64,000 nt of DNA from Laetmonice hystrix (Eukaryota). The position numbers and the translations under genes were made by a program. The stretch is taken from positions 6,200,001 through 6,264,000 of the forward strand of contig OZ249444.1 of NCBI GenBank assembly GCA_965235115.1, written 5' to 3'. The notes under the pieces were generated by a model. It was given only the letters and a program-made list of their open reading frames with translations. It was not told the origin of the DNA and ran no database searches. Shown one piece after another: positions 37,196 to 49,983 of this stretch (its first letter is position 1; every line of letters begins with the position of its first letter).

Positions 37196-38400
37196 TAAGC
37201 TACCATTGCCTCTATCCTAGTGGAGGTAAGCTACCATTGAATCTTTATCCTAGTGGAGGTAAGCTACCATTGTATCTTTATCTTAGTGGAGGTAAGCTAC
37301 CATTGCCTCTTTATCTTAGTGGAGGTTAGCTACCATTGTATCTTTATCTTAGTGGAGGTAAGCTACCATTGTATCTTTATCCTAGTGGAGGTAAGCTACC
37401 ATTGTATCTTTATCTTAGTGGAGGTAAGCTACCATTGAATCTTTATCTTAGTGGAGGTTAGCTACCATTGCCTCTTTATTTTAGTGGAGGTTAGCTACCA
37501 TTGCCTCTTTATCTTAGTGTAGGTTAGCTACCAATGAATCTTTATCCTAGTGGAGGTTAGCTACCATTACCTCTTTATCTTAGTGGAGGTTAGCTACCAT
37601 TGCCTCTTTGTCTTAGTGGAGGTTAGCTACCATGGCCTCTTTATCATAGTGGAGGTAAGCTACCGTTACCTCTTTATCTTAGTGGAGGTTAGCTACCATT
37701 GCCTCTTTATCTTAGTGGAGGTTAGCTACCATTGCCTCTTTATCTTAGTGGAGGTTAGCTACCATTACCTCTTTATCTTAGTGGAGGTTAGCTACCATTG
37801 CCTCTTTATCTTAGTGGAGGTTAGCTACCATTACCTCTTTATCTTAGTGGGGGTAAGCTACCATTACCTCTTTATCTTAGTGGGGGTAAGCTACCATTAC
37901 CTCTTTATCTTAGTGGAGGTTAGCTACCATTGCCTCTTTATCTTAGTGGAGGCTAGCTACCATTGCCTCTTTATCTTAGTGGAGGTTAGCTACCATTGCC
38001 TCTTTATCTTAGTGGAGGTTAGCTACCATTGCCTCTTTATCTTAGTGGAGGTTAGCTACCATTGCCTCTTTATCTTAGTGGAGGTTAGCTACCATTGCCT
38101 CTTTATCTTAGTGGGGGTAAGCTACCATTGCCTCTTTATCTTAGTGGAGGTTAGCTACCATTGCCTCTTTATCTTAGTGGAGGTTAGCTACCATTGCCTC
38201 TTTATCTTAGTGGAGGTTAGCTACCATTGCCTCTTTATCTTAGTGGAGGTTAGCTACCATTGCCTCTTTATCTTAGTGGAGGTTAGCTACCATTGCCTCT
38301 TTATCTTAGTGGAGGTTAGCTACCATTGCCTCTTTATCTTAGTGGGGGTAAGCTACCATTGCCTCTTTATCTTAGTGGAGGTTAGCTACCATTGCCTCTA
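37196..38400. repeat. 33-bp minisatellite, about 36 copies, starting 30 nt after the PDZ3 donor
   Basis: gt(a/t)agctaccattgcctctttatcttagtggag. Confidence 0.95.
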
Positions 38401-39675
38401 CTGAATCTGCACGGCGATATATTGTTTAACCGTCCAGAATCACTTGACACAGGCCTTCTTACAAACGGTCTCCTAAATGAGTCCTCCCGGAGAACATCAA
38501 TATGAGATGCAGCGGATTCACTATTTAAAAGGAGATGATCCCATTTGCTGCGGCAGGTGTTTGATGGATAGGATTAACCAACAGCCTGGGCCCGTATTTA
38601 ATACCTCTGCGGTGTCGTATCGTGCCCACGTTAAGTGAAGCTTGCCCCGTGAGCATTATTAATCAAAGAAACGACTAGTATAGTGAACGGGTGGCACCCT
38701 GGTGGCTCCCAGATATAGGGAATCGTCAGGCCGGTGTGCCGTGCTCAGGGTTCCTGCCGGGGCCATTACTTTCATATAATGGTCAAATCGGACCAAGACA
38801 GCCGTGGGTGGGTGGGTGGGGTCGTGCTGTCAGCACAGCGTCCGTCCACAGTAACCCGGATCATCGTTCTCCTTCCTCCAGCTTACTCCACCACCTATCT
38901 CCTCCATCTACTGTCGGTGGCCATGAAAAATTCACACCGTAATCTTCTCAAGATGACACTCTTGGTCGGCACCATGGTGGTGCTCAGCGTGGATGGGTCA
39001 TCCCTTGGCCACAGCGCCCCCAGGTGGCAGCGTTCCGAACGACCTGTATGAGAATTGGCAGGGACATTTAGTATGCCAGATTTCTCCTACAATGCGTACA
39101 ACATTGCATTGGATTTGATTAATTTCAATAAATATGCATGTATACTGTATGTGGATGATATGCATGTTCATGATTGCTTTCATACATGGTATTGATGAAT
39201 TCATTATCTCCCAAATGAATCAAGGAAAATGTTCTGAATTGACCCCATTTCATTGAATTAAAATTAGTAAGAGTTTTGCGGCACGTTATTTGCATCTAGT
39301 CTGACTTTCTTAAACTAGTCATTAGTGGAAGACATGGTGAAAAACCATCATGACGAATTCCTCACCAAGGACCTAGAATATAACGTTGAGTGGGAAGGTT
39401 GTTCCATAAAGACAACGCTCAAAGTGCTAAAGGGACTTGGACGTTTTGTAATATTTGCAGAGAGAAAGAGAGAAACTGTGATGGCGGTTCGTGACTGTAC
39501 CATCCTCTCTATGCCAGAAATGATGTTACGGGAAAGTGGTTTATAAAAGGCAAACATCATATCTCCATTAACTTGTGTGCGCCCAGTCATTTGTCAGAGC
39601 CCTCTAGTGGCAACAACTGCTGTCTGATTAAAAAAAGTTGACGTACTATGATGACTTCCCACTGACGATTAACTC

Positions 39676-40715
39676 AGTGGTTTACTTGTACTAGCTAACG
39701 GCTGGATCAAAGTATAAAAACGGTCGTCAATATAAGGTCAGTGACGTGGTTTACTTGTACTGGCTAACAGCTGGATCAAAGTATGAGAACGGTCGTCAAT
39801 ATAAGGTCAGTGACGTGGTTTACTTGTACTGGCTAACAGCTGGATCAAAGTATGAGAACGGTCGTCAATATAAGGTCAGTGACGTGGTTTACTTGTACTA
39901 GCTAACGGCTGGATCAAAGTATGAAAACGGTCGTCAATATAAGGTCAGTGACGTGGTTTACTTGTACTAGCTAACGGCTGGATCAAAGTATGAAAACGGT
40001 CGTCAATATAAGGTCAGTGACGTGGTTTACTTGTACTAGCTAACGGCTGGATCAAAGTATGAAAACGGTCGTCAATATAAGGTCAGTGACGTGGTTTACT
40101 TGTACTAGCTAACGGCTGGATCAAAGTATGAGAACGGTCGTCAATATAAGGTCAGTGACGTGGTTTACTTGTACTAGCTAACAGCTGGATCAAAGTATGA
40201 AAACGGTCGTCAATATAAGGTCAGTGACGTGGTTTACTTGTACTAGCTAACGGCTGGATCAAAGTATGAAAACGGTCGTCAATATAAGGTCAGTGACGTG
40301 GTTTACTTGTACTAGCTAACGGCTGGATCAAAGTATGAAAACGGTCGTCAATATAAGGTCAGTGACGTGGTTTACTTGTACTAGCTAACGGCTGGATCAA
40401 AGTATGAAAACGGTCGTCAATATAAGGTCAGTGACGTGGTTTACTTGTACTAGCTAACGGCTGGATCAAAGTATGAGAACGGTCGTCAATATAAGGTCAG
40501 TGACGTGGTTTACTTGTACTAGCTAACGGCTGGATCAAAGTGAGAACGGTCGTCAATATAAGGTCAGTGACGTGGTTTACTTGTACTAGCTAACGGCTGG
40601 ATCAAAGTATGAAAACGGTCGTCAATATAAGGTGTTTTATACGATCGGTGACGTGGTTTACTTGTACTTTATACGATCAGTGACGTGGTTTACTTGTACT
40701 TTATACGACCAGTGA
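39676..40715. repeat. 69-bp minisatellite, about 14 copies plus a degenerate tail
   Basis: cagtgacgtggtttacttgtactagctaacggctggatcaaagtatgaaaacggtcgtcaatataaggt. Confidence 0.95.
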
Positions 40716-41242
40716 CGGAGTAATGGTGGAGTAATGGTGGAGTAATGGTGACAGCAAACAGAAAAAGTCGCCTTAAACAATAATAAAATATTATCCCTTT
40801 TTGATTTGTCAGTTTGTTACATGTGATAAAACCTACGTGTTTCAGTAGGGATATGTAAGGAATGGCAGACTTGGGCCGAGCGTTGATTACTTAGTGCACC
40901 TCCCTTTTAGATTCAAGGGAAAAATTTACTCGCAGACTTGATTGAATTCTTGGCTTGGTTACAGAAGGCTAATGAGGATGTTGCGTGTAGTTTAGAGGTG
41001 CCCTTCTGTTTTACCATTTAATCTCGTCTCTATCTGAAATGGGAGCAAGTCTGGCTTAGTCACTAATCACTCGGACCTAGTACCGTTCTTACCGGGCGAG
41101 TATACTGCCAATATTCGATGCACTAAGGAGGGAAGATATTGTACTGAAAGGATCTACAACATAGGAAGGCGTAGTTTGGGGGGAAAATATTTTCCAACAG
41201 TGTTGCGAAGATGTGATAATGCTGGGTTACAACCTAAGGCAA

Positions 41243-42290
41243 TTTTTTTTTTTTTTTTTTTTTTTAAATTTCGTTTATTTTCACTGGCAAACACCCTCAG
41301 TACAACACTGGTCTTCCTGGACCTGCCAGCATATATTCCCATAAACAATATATTCCCTAAACAATCTAGGCTAACTTATTTGGCCTGGCTCCCTAAGCCG
41401 GCCTGTCCTTGGATGGTTCGTGCCACATGAGAAGAGATGCGATTTATTGAGTATGGGATCAATGATATAATAAAGGTAATATTTTGTTCCGTGTCGCTGA
41501 GTGGCGCTGGCGGTGGGCTGAGGGCCGGGAGAAGCTGGTCGGGGGGGGGGGGGGGCGTGGTGGAGTCTGGCACCAGGTTCGTCGCCCTGCCCAGAGCCAA
41601 GGCGAAGGGTAGCATAAAACTTGTGTTAGAATGAAGGCCAGGAAGGGAATAATGCCAAACACCGCAGGCCCACAGACTGAGGCCTTCCGCCAACCTTGGG
41701 ACGTGGGAGGGGTGGCAGAGCCCTGTCAGCAGGATTAGTTGGTGGGGCAGCAGGGAGGTAAAGGCCCTTCACCTTGTACTTGAGAAAGAGTTGATGTCCT
41801 TGTTTGGGGGAGAGGTGCCTTTCAGCAAGGAGGGGGGGAGGGGGATTGGTAACATTGACACAATACTCAGGTTTATTTGGTGACGGTGGCATGGTGGGGG
41901 GAGAATCGTCCATGTTTGAGAAAAAAATACTTTCACCAAACTGATTGGTATTGCGTGCTTGCTTGGAGAAGAAGTGAACCTCACGAAGGCTCGGGGAATG
42001 GGCTTTGCGTCATCATGTGTTTTCTTGGACACCAACCAGAGCATTGGCAGCGACTTGGCGTCTGCCTTGATTGCCATAGTTACACCGTCGGCTGCCCTTG
42101 GTAACACCTTACAGCTACCGATACCCACGGCAGTCTCGGGGTGTGATGACCGAGGAGGGACAGGCACGACGGCCGGGCGGGGCGGGGTCAGGGTCGGGAG
42201 GGGAGGTGGTTGGGGTGCCGGTGTCACATGCAATCTGGTCCCCCCTGCAAAATGGTCCTCGCGGACCTAATTGCATTATGCAAAATGGTC
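41243..42290 (-). mobile_element. Possible retroposed, polyadenylated insert
   Basis: T23 at 41243-41265 with tttatt (AATAAA on -) at 41274-41279, preceded on - by frameshifted Pro-rich ORFs. No TSD found and the 5' limit is a guess. Confidence 0.35.
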
Positions 42291-43737
42291 CCTAGGGTCG
42301 CTCTATCTACGAATGTATGATGATAAATGAGGATGTTTATTTGGGTGTCTGTGCATAAGTAGAATTATTTTAAGTGATGTTAAAGGCACAGTTTGTATCC
42401 AAGGACTTACCTGTCCTCTTAAAATTTCTATGTTCAGAAATGCCTATAGTACAGAATGGGTCACAACCTCCATTCTCAGGGAAGGAAGGGTCCAGAGGAG
42501 AAAACCTTCAGCTCGCCCAAGTAATCAAAGTCTGGAATACTTAATGGGAGGGTGATTGAGTTGGGGCCATGCCAGGGACAAGTTTTAAGTTCGTTTCTCT
42601 GACGTGAACCAGTCGGTTAAGGCTTTTAGGTCTGGGTTGATTAGATGAGGTGAATTTATTTATTTGAGCAGTATTTTTAAAATGTGAAACCTAAAAGTCA
42701 GTCTGCCCACTCCGTTATAGTTTGCGGTTTCTTGTAATCGACCCTTTCCATTTTATTTTTGACATTCGGGCCTCGAAAGATCTCCTACGTTTGGACTATG
42801 GAGGCCCTCTTGACCTCATTTAATGCCCTTCTTACACCATCTTGACCTTTCTGACCTCATAACATATGCCCTCGCTGCCCTGTGCACTAAATGACCTTCC
42901 TTTTAACCACGCCAACAATACAGGCCTCTGGAACATGCGAGCAATTCTCTTTACAAGCGTTAATAAAATCCCATCCATGTTACTGATGTGGAAACCTAAA
43001 TCATCCTCGCGCAGAGCGCAAGGCTGCCTTTGTCAACGACGGCTCAGTCAGGGGAATGTTCTCAGATAAAACATTATCCCAACGCCTGATGGGAAATGCG
43101 AGATTTCTCCCTTACATCTTTCTTCAGACGGAGGCGCTTAAAGAACTCCCAATGCGGTTCACCAATTCCATTAGTTTAGACAAGAGGAAATTGAATTTAT
43201 TGGACGGTTACTGCGGAGATGCCGTGGTTGGTCCAGTTGGCGGTAAATATTCCATCTTTGATGGGTGAGGTGGAGGCAGTTTGAAGAGTTCCATTCGGAG
43301 AGATAATTAATAAACTGCGTACACTATTTACAGCAGTTAGAGTAAGACTGTGTCCCGCCTGTAATTAGTCCATTGTCATTAGAAAGGTATCATATTTCAG
43401 ATCCTTGAAGCGAGTTGATTGGAACAGCTCTGCGGTTATGTTTTCTGAACGTGCCTTATATAATGTTACGTTACTGCCAGGAAATATTGGGTTGCTTGTA
43501 CAGCTATTCCTGAGCAAGGTTTGTTATGCTGTTTAAGGCGACCACAGAGTAACGAAACACTAACGAAACAACTGACTCTCCCGAGGATGGGGCCGAGAAA
43601 TGTGTATGCGCGGACCAAGATGTCCAGTGCTGTTTGTCTGGATGACCCCGCCCATCATAAGTTGTCTTCCTGAGTGTTGTTTAGGACAGTGTCGACCACT
43701 TTGACGGCATGCCATTCCTTGGCCATTATGGATATAA

Positions 43738-44537
43738 AGCCGGCCACACACCAAGGAAACTGGGTCAGTCGCAGAGACTGACCAGTTTTATGGCGCTAAG
43801 ACTAGGTGTGTGCCCCCCGCACACACCGAGCCGACTCCCGACTGACAGTCGTTGATGCGATGGATGCGCCCCACCCGGAAATCTTCCATACTAAGCGTGC
43901 AACTACAGCGCTCCATGTGGAACTTTGCTCAAACCACCAAAGTAAACAGTTTGTGATTGCGCAACTTCGAGTAGGTCGTACAGGATCGAAAATTGATCAA
44001 ATTCATCCAGTTGAAATGAGTGGCACTTTAACAAATCATGCTATCCTGCCATGATACTGCCCCGTCTGTTGAGTTGAAATAGTCCTTCAATAATATAATT
44101 TAGTTTATAATTATGGAAAATGGACCCGAAATTTGCTGGTGGTTTGAGTCTGATGTGCTTGCCATCCAGTGCTCCAACACAATGAGGAAAATTCCACTTT
44201 TCCTCAAACTCTGCTGCTACTTTCTTCCATGCCTCTTCTTTTTTCCCCGTATGGACACTAGGCCTATATGGATCACATGACACGAATCATCACATGGTAC
44301 TTTGCCGAGCACTGATTGGCTATTGCCTCCCAGCCGACTAAAGACTGCCGACTGTCAACACACACCGAGTCGGGAGTCGGGAGTCGCAGTCTTTCATATT
44401 CAACATGTTTAATCTGAAAAACTGGCCGTCGCCGACTGGCAAAAACCGTCTCGTCGGGTCGTAGGGGCGCACACACCAAGGAAACTGTCCAGTCCGGTCG
44501 GGTCGGATGACCCAGTTTCCTTGGTGTGTGGCCGGCT
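43738..44537 (-). mobile_element. Internally deleted PIF/Harbinger DNA transposon (800 bp)
   Basis: Perfect 30-bp TIRs (AGCCGGCCACACACCAAGGAAACTGGGTCA), TAA on both flanks, internal transposase remnant. Confidence 0.93.
44106..44247 (-). pseudogene. Harbinger DDE transposase fragment EEKWNFPHCVGALDGKHIRLKPPANFGSIFHNYK
   Basis: The WNFPHCxGAxDGKHI motif is typical of the HARBI1/PIF DDE_Tnp_4 family; truncated on both sides. Confidence 0.9.
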
Positions 44538-45892
44538 TAAGACTGATAGCAAATGGAGGTAGATCCAGCAGGACCATCACGACACAAGACGACAGGAGAA
44601 AGTGGAGGGGAGAACTAACAAAGACAAACAGGCAGCACGGCATGCAGTGGTCGCGATCAGTTGATGGTAGTCTGACCGGTAATTGCCGACTCGGTCGTGA
44701 CCTCTCTACCGCCAGGAGAGGTATCCATCTCCGCTTCAATCTTTCTTTCTCTGAAGAAACCGGCGCGTCCCCATCCAGCCCCTAACTCCCCTGGTCTGTC
44801 GGATACTAGTGATAGGTCTAGACGCCCTGGCTTCGGGAATATAATGGCATCAGGTGCACAGCTTAACAAGGCCGGGCTGTGTCTGGGAGGAGCCGGGGGA
44901 AGCTAAGACACCCCGTTTGAGGGGGTACTGGCTGGGAGGGGGAGGGGGCCGGACCCTGGCCCTGGGATTCGGCCAACGTCGGGGCTCGCGGCCTTCTCTG
45001 CCGCCGCCGCCGCTGCTGCTGCCGCCGCTGCTGCTGCAGATGCTGACAATGATGTAGCTGACCAGAGGGGGTATGACAGCCGCTCTGATTGCCCACAAGT
45101 GCCCCCTGGCTCTGGCCGTCTCCCTCAGCTATTTACACTACTCCAGGCAAGGCGCGTCCTCTGGCCCCCAGCGCCCCGGCCCCGTCAAGTCCAGGATATA
45201 CTTAGCGCCGCAGTACACAGACACACAGACACTTAGATAGTGGAGAGGGGAGGTGCACACACACACCAACACACCATTGATACAGAGGACGTGGAGGAGG
45301 AGAAGGAGGAGGAGGACGGAGGAGTCTGAGGTCGGGGGTTACCATGGTGACTTGGTGTGGACCCTGTGGTCCCTGTGGCGGATTGTTGGATTAAATGCCG
45401 GTGACAGACGGAAGGCACAGGTCGGCACTGCAGGGATCCACCTCAAGGTGAGGGAGGCTGGAAGTATCAATGTGTACTAAGATGGTAGTCGGTCGGCGCC
45501 GCTTGAATCTTAACGATCTCCTCATGATCACGGGGGGGGGGCGCTGGGCGGCAGTCCGAGTGTATAGGGGGAATCCCTGCATTTATAGTCGGTAAGTGTC
45601 CAGTGTCTGAGTCCATGCGTAGGTTGGGAGGACGGTGGTGGCATGCAGACAGATTGTACTGGTCTGATCTTGTGGTAGCCGAGATCTAGGATGTAGAACG
45701 AGGTGATATGTAGGTCACTGCACCCAGTTGGCCGACCGGAGGTTGGCGTTACGATGGTGTTGTTACGTGTTGGGTGGTGTTGGGATCAGAGATGAGTGGC
45801 ATAGATGATGGCACTAACTCCTCCGATTTCTAGGGCTGATGTATAGTCCCAGTGTTTGCACACACTGCGCACAGATGTGGATTCTCTCAGGG

Positions 45893-46012
45893 AGTATGGG
45901 AGTGTCCGGGGAGTATGGGAGTGTCCGGGGAGTATGGGAGTGTCCGGGGAGTATGGGAGTGTCCGGGGAGTATGGGAGTGTCCGGGGAGTATGGGAGTGT
46001 CCGGGGAGTATG
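45893..46012. repeat. 20-bp tandem repeat, 6 copies
   Basis: gagtatgggagtgtccgggg-type unit. Confidence 0.92.
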
Positions 46013-46330
46013 GACTTTCTGAATGATACGGGATCACATTCAGGAGGGAAATGCAACCCAGAATCTATGGAAATGCCGTATTACTGTTAGCACGACTCAT
46101 CCTTTCAGTAATATGCATTTTATTGTGCTGGCGAAATTGATAATATATTTGACTGAATGCATTAATTTTATTTTGTGAAGCCTTTTCTAACGTTGCTGGA
46201 GGTTTGCTTTAAATAGTAACCGGCCAGAAATGGTATACACGTACTTGAGTTATGGCATACCTGTGTGATGAGTGTCGCAGTGATCTGGGTCCAAGTGACC
46301 GCGAGGGTTTATAGGGATGGGGCGGTCAGA

Positions 46331-46812
46331 CTTGGTTCAGTGTGAACGAGTGGTTTTGGTTCAGTGTGAACGAGTGGTTTTGTTTCAGTGTGAACGAGTG
46401 GTTTTGGTTCAGTGTGAACGAGTGGTTTTGTTTCAGTGTGAACGAGTGGTTTTGGTTCAGTGTGAACGAGTGGTTTTGTTTCAGTGTGAACGAGTGGTTT
46501 TGGTTCAGTGTGAACGAGTGGTTTTGGTTCAGTGTGAACGAGTGGTTTTGGTTCAGTGTGAACGAGTGGTTTTGGTTCAGTGTGAACGAGTGGTTTTGGT
46601 TCAGTGTGAACGAGTGGTTTTGGTTCAGTGTGAACGAGTGGTTTTGGTTCAGTGTGAACGAGTGGTTTTGGTTCAGTGTGAACGAGTGGTTTTGGTTCAA
46701 TGTGAACGAGTGGTTTTGGTTCAGTGTGAACGAGTGGTTTTGGTTCAGTGTGAACGAGTGGTTTTGGTTCAGTGTGAACGAGTGGTTTTGGTTCAGTGTG
46801 AACGAGTGGTTT
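46331..46812. repeat. 24-bp minisatellite, about 20 copies
   Basis: ttggttcagtgtgaacgagtggtt. Confidence 0.95.
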
Positions 46813-49319
46813 TACGCCCTGTCGGCAAGTGTTGGTAATATTCAGGCCTGGAAGAAATACTACGAGATAATATAGGAGAAACTCGCACACCGGGACAATG
46901 CCGTACTACTCTTACCGAAAAGTGGCAAGGGTAACACTAAATAAACAGAGCATGACACACAGGGCCTTTGATAATTCGGTCTGGGTCCAGGTGGCCGGAT
47001 GGCGAATCGTAATGAATACAAACAGATTAAAAAATGACCAGTGTTAAATTGTTTTCGTCATTACTGTAAAGATGTCGGGAAAAGATTGGAAAGCGATCCA
47101 AATGGCCACGTTAACCAGAAACATATGGACGTTCCCAGGTTGAGTAATTTCGGCCGCACGTGAAGGGGTAAGATGAGAATTCTGATTAGTTTGTAATTAA
47201 TCCCATGGCCTTAATTAATGAGTCATCCGGGAGAGCTTAAATCAAAGCAGTAACTTGGGAAGTGTTGAGAACGGTCGTACCAAGGGAGTCAATCTGGTAC
47301 AGAGGACACCAATAATATGGTCACGTGGATACAATTTAAAAAGACATTAATAAACTGTGTGTTCTGGCACCATTATGAGGTCAGCAAGAAATGCTGATTA
47401 ACTCGGGACTAATTCATTCTCCCTTCAGACGGAAAAAGATCAAACAAAGCTGTGGGGAAGTTCCGGTGGCAGTTGATGTAGTGATGGCAAAGTTGGGATA
47501 AGTACAACGCTCGGATTGATGGCAAGAGATGGTTTTTCCTAGTAGTATACAACCGGTATTTAATAGTGTCATGAAGAGTACATTTATGATATGATCTAGA
47601 ATCAATATATTATACACCATGTTTATAATACGCCGCAGTTATGGAGTTGGCGGAGGTGATTATAACAACGGTTGCAAAGATTATGCTTAGAGTATTTGTA
47701 TCCCAGGGCTGAAACGGTTCCACAAACTTCTCTTGCAATGTGCGCTTCTGGGAATATAAATTAGCCGCTCTCTGGTCGGACCGCGTCACGTTGTCAGGGC
47801 GATTGTGGATTGTCTCTAGTCACGTGGCTGGGAATCTGAAGGGACAGTCAGTGACGTGGTGGGGTGGGGGCACAGGGGACTGGCTATAGGACCAGTCACC
47901 TGGGGAGACGACCAGTCAGCTGGGGAGGAGGGTTACAGCCAGTGAGGAGATAGGAACTCGGACAGTCTATAATGTTGCGTGTCTGGGGTCCATCAGACAG
48001 CCGGCTGAGTTAGCACTGCCCCCCGGGGGACGGCAACCTACCAGGCAGTGGTCAGTCAACAACGACCACAACAAGTCCCGACGACAGGAAAGGGAGTACA
48101 ACAAAATGTCGCAACAGTCGGAGAGCAGCACTGATTACAAAACACGACTGACCTTCTGAAGGTCACCAGCGGCATACTCAATACGTGCCATTACTTTTGA
48201 TGACACAAAGCTGTACTTGGCCGGCGGATGGTTGAGCTGTATTTATAGATGATGATTCACCGGGTTTTTTTTCAATCAAGTCAAGTCGTTATAAAAGGTG
48301 GGACAAACTGGATATTTTGAGCACCCTTATTCTTCTCATTCCGAGGAGGGGGGGGGGGAGATGCTTGTGTATGGTGATGATGTGAGTTGTCGTGTGTCAG
48401 AAACTGTCTGAAATCCGCTGAGATCATTTTTAAAACCCGCTAAGATCCACTTTCACCGTATTCATATTTCAGTTTCTCAGCCGGACTGGGGGCTCTTGTT
48501 TGATATAAATTGGTGGTATAGCAAGTGGTTTCCATGGAAACGGGAGCTGTTAAGATCCATTCTTATAGCTGCTGCAGATTCAAAGGAAATGTAATGGGAA
48601 AGGAACGAGGGGAATTCTTTTCCAACAGATCGTGGTTGTTGTCTTATTTGCCTTGAATTGTTGCACTTAATCCTACGTTTGTGGGTGGAAATCCAAGAGC
48701 TTACGACTTTGGTGGAACCCTAGTACAGACAGTGGCATTGATTTGATTGAGCCGGTATCGGGGCACTCTCCTGTGAAGGAGGGGGAGAATGGTATGGTGA
48801 AGACGCTGCCTTGGTCTGCGGTCTGTGGCTCTGAGGGCCAATGTTAATGGGTGCAGTCAGTAGTAGCCAGGTTTAAGATGGTCTGGACCTTTATTGATGT
48901 CAGAATAAGGAGTGTCGACGGGTTCCGCCGAGATTACCTTTCTTACCTCCCGAGGCAGCTTTCACAGACTGAGATTGCCTTCATAGCCGCCGGCTTGAAG
49001 GAGCCCAGTTGTGACAGTTAGGGCAGGCGACCACTGATAACAAGAGCTCCCAGCATTGGGCGCACTCATTAGTGTCGATACAGGCCACCAGGGGGAGATA
49101 AGCGGCCAAAAATAGGAACTTGCTTGAAAAGGATGGGATGGATGTATCTGATGGCGACCTTGGGTTACTGGGTCAAGGTCAGGTTCAGGTCAGGGTGTCT
49201 GTGGTCCAGAAGGATTTGCAAGGGAGCAGTCAGAGAGTTTTAGTGTCTCTGATCGGTACGTCTTTCTAAGACCTGTTAGTTAGAGACATCATTACAAGGC
49301 TAGAGGTAATGTTGTTATG

Positions 49320-49983
49320 GGAGGAGAATAAGACGCGTCATCCTCAGTCCAAACTTTGGTTCGGGTGAAGATATGGAGAGAATAAGACGCGTCATCCTCA
49401 GTCCAAACTTTGGTTGGGGTGAAGATGGAGAGAATAAGACGCGCCATCCTCAGTCCAAACTTTGGTTAGGGTGAAGATGGAGAGAATAAGACGCGTCATC
49501 CTCAGTCCAAACTTTGGTTAGGGTGAAGATATGGAGAGAATAAGACGCGCCATCCTCAGTCCAAACTTTGGTTAGGGTGAAGATGGAGAGAATAAGACGC
49601 GTCATCCTCAGTCCAAACTTTGGTTAGGGTGAAGATGGAGAGAATAAGACGCGTCATCCTCAGTCCAGATGGAGAGAATAAGACGCGCCATCCTCAGTCC
49701 AAACTTTGGTTAGGGTGAAGATGGAGAGAATAAGACGCGTCATCCTCAGTCCAAACTTTGGTTAGGGTGAAGATAGAGAGAATAAGACGCGCCATCCTCA
49801 GTCCAAACTTTGGTTCGGGTGAAGATAGAGAGAATAAGACGCGCCATCCTCAGTCCAAACTTTGGTTGGGGTGAAGATAGAGAGAATAAGACGCGCCATC
49901 CTCAGTCCAAACTTTGGTTTGGGTGAAGATGGAGAGAATAAGACGTGCCATCCTCAGTCCAAACTTTGGTTCGGGTGAAGATA
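49320..49983. repeat. 52-54-bp minisatellite, about 12 copies
   Basis: ggagagaataagacgcgtcatcctcagtccaaactttggttagggtgaagat. Confidence 0.95.

Noticed and set aside
37550-38404. 284-aa hydrophobic ORF (VEVSYHCLFIL)n
   Set aside because: Translation of the intronic 33-bp minisatellite.
46309-46890. Four overlapping ORFs over the 24-bp array
   Set aside because: Minisatellite artefact.
49148-49164. 17-bp identity with 778-794 (ctgatggcgaccttggg)
   Set aside because: No flanking homology; probably chance or an unrecognised repeat.
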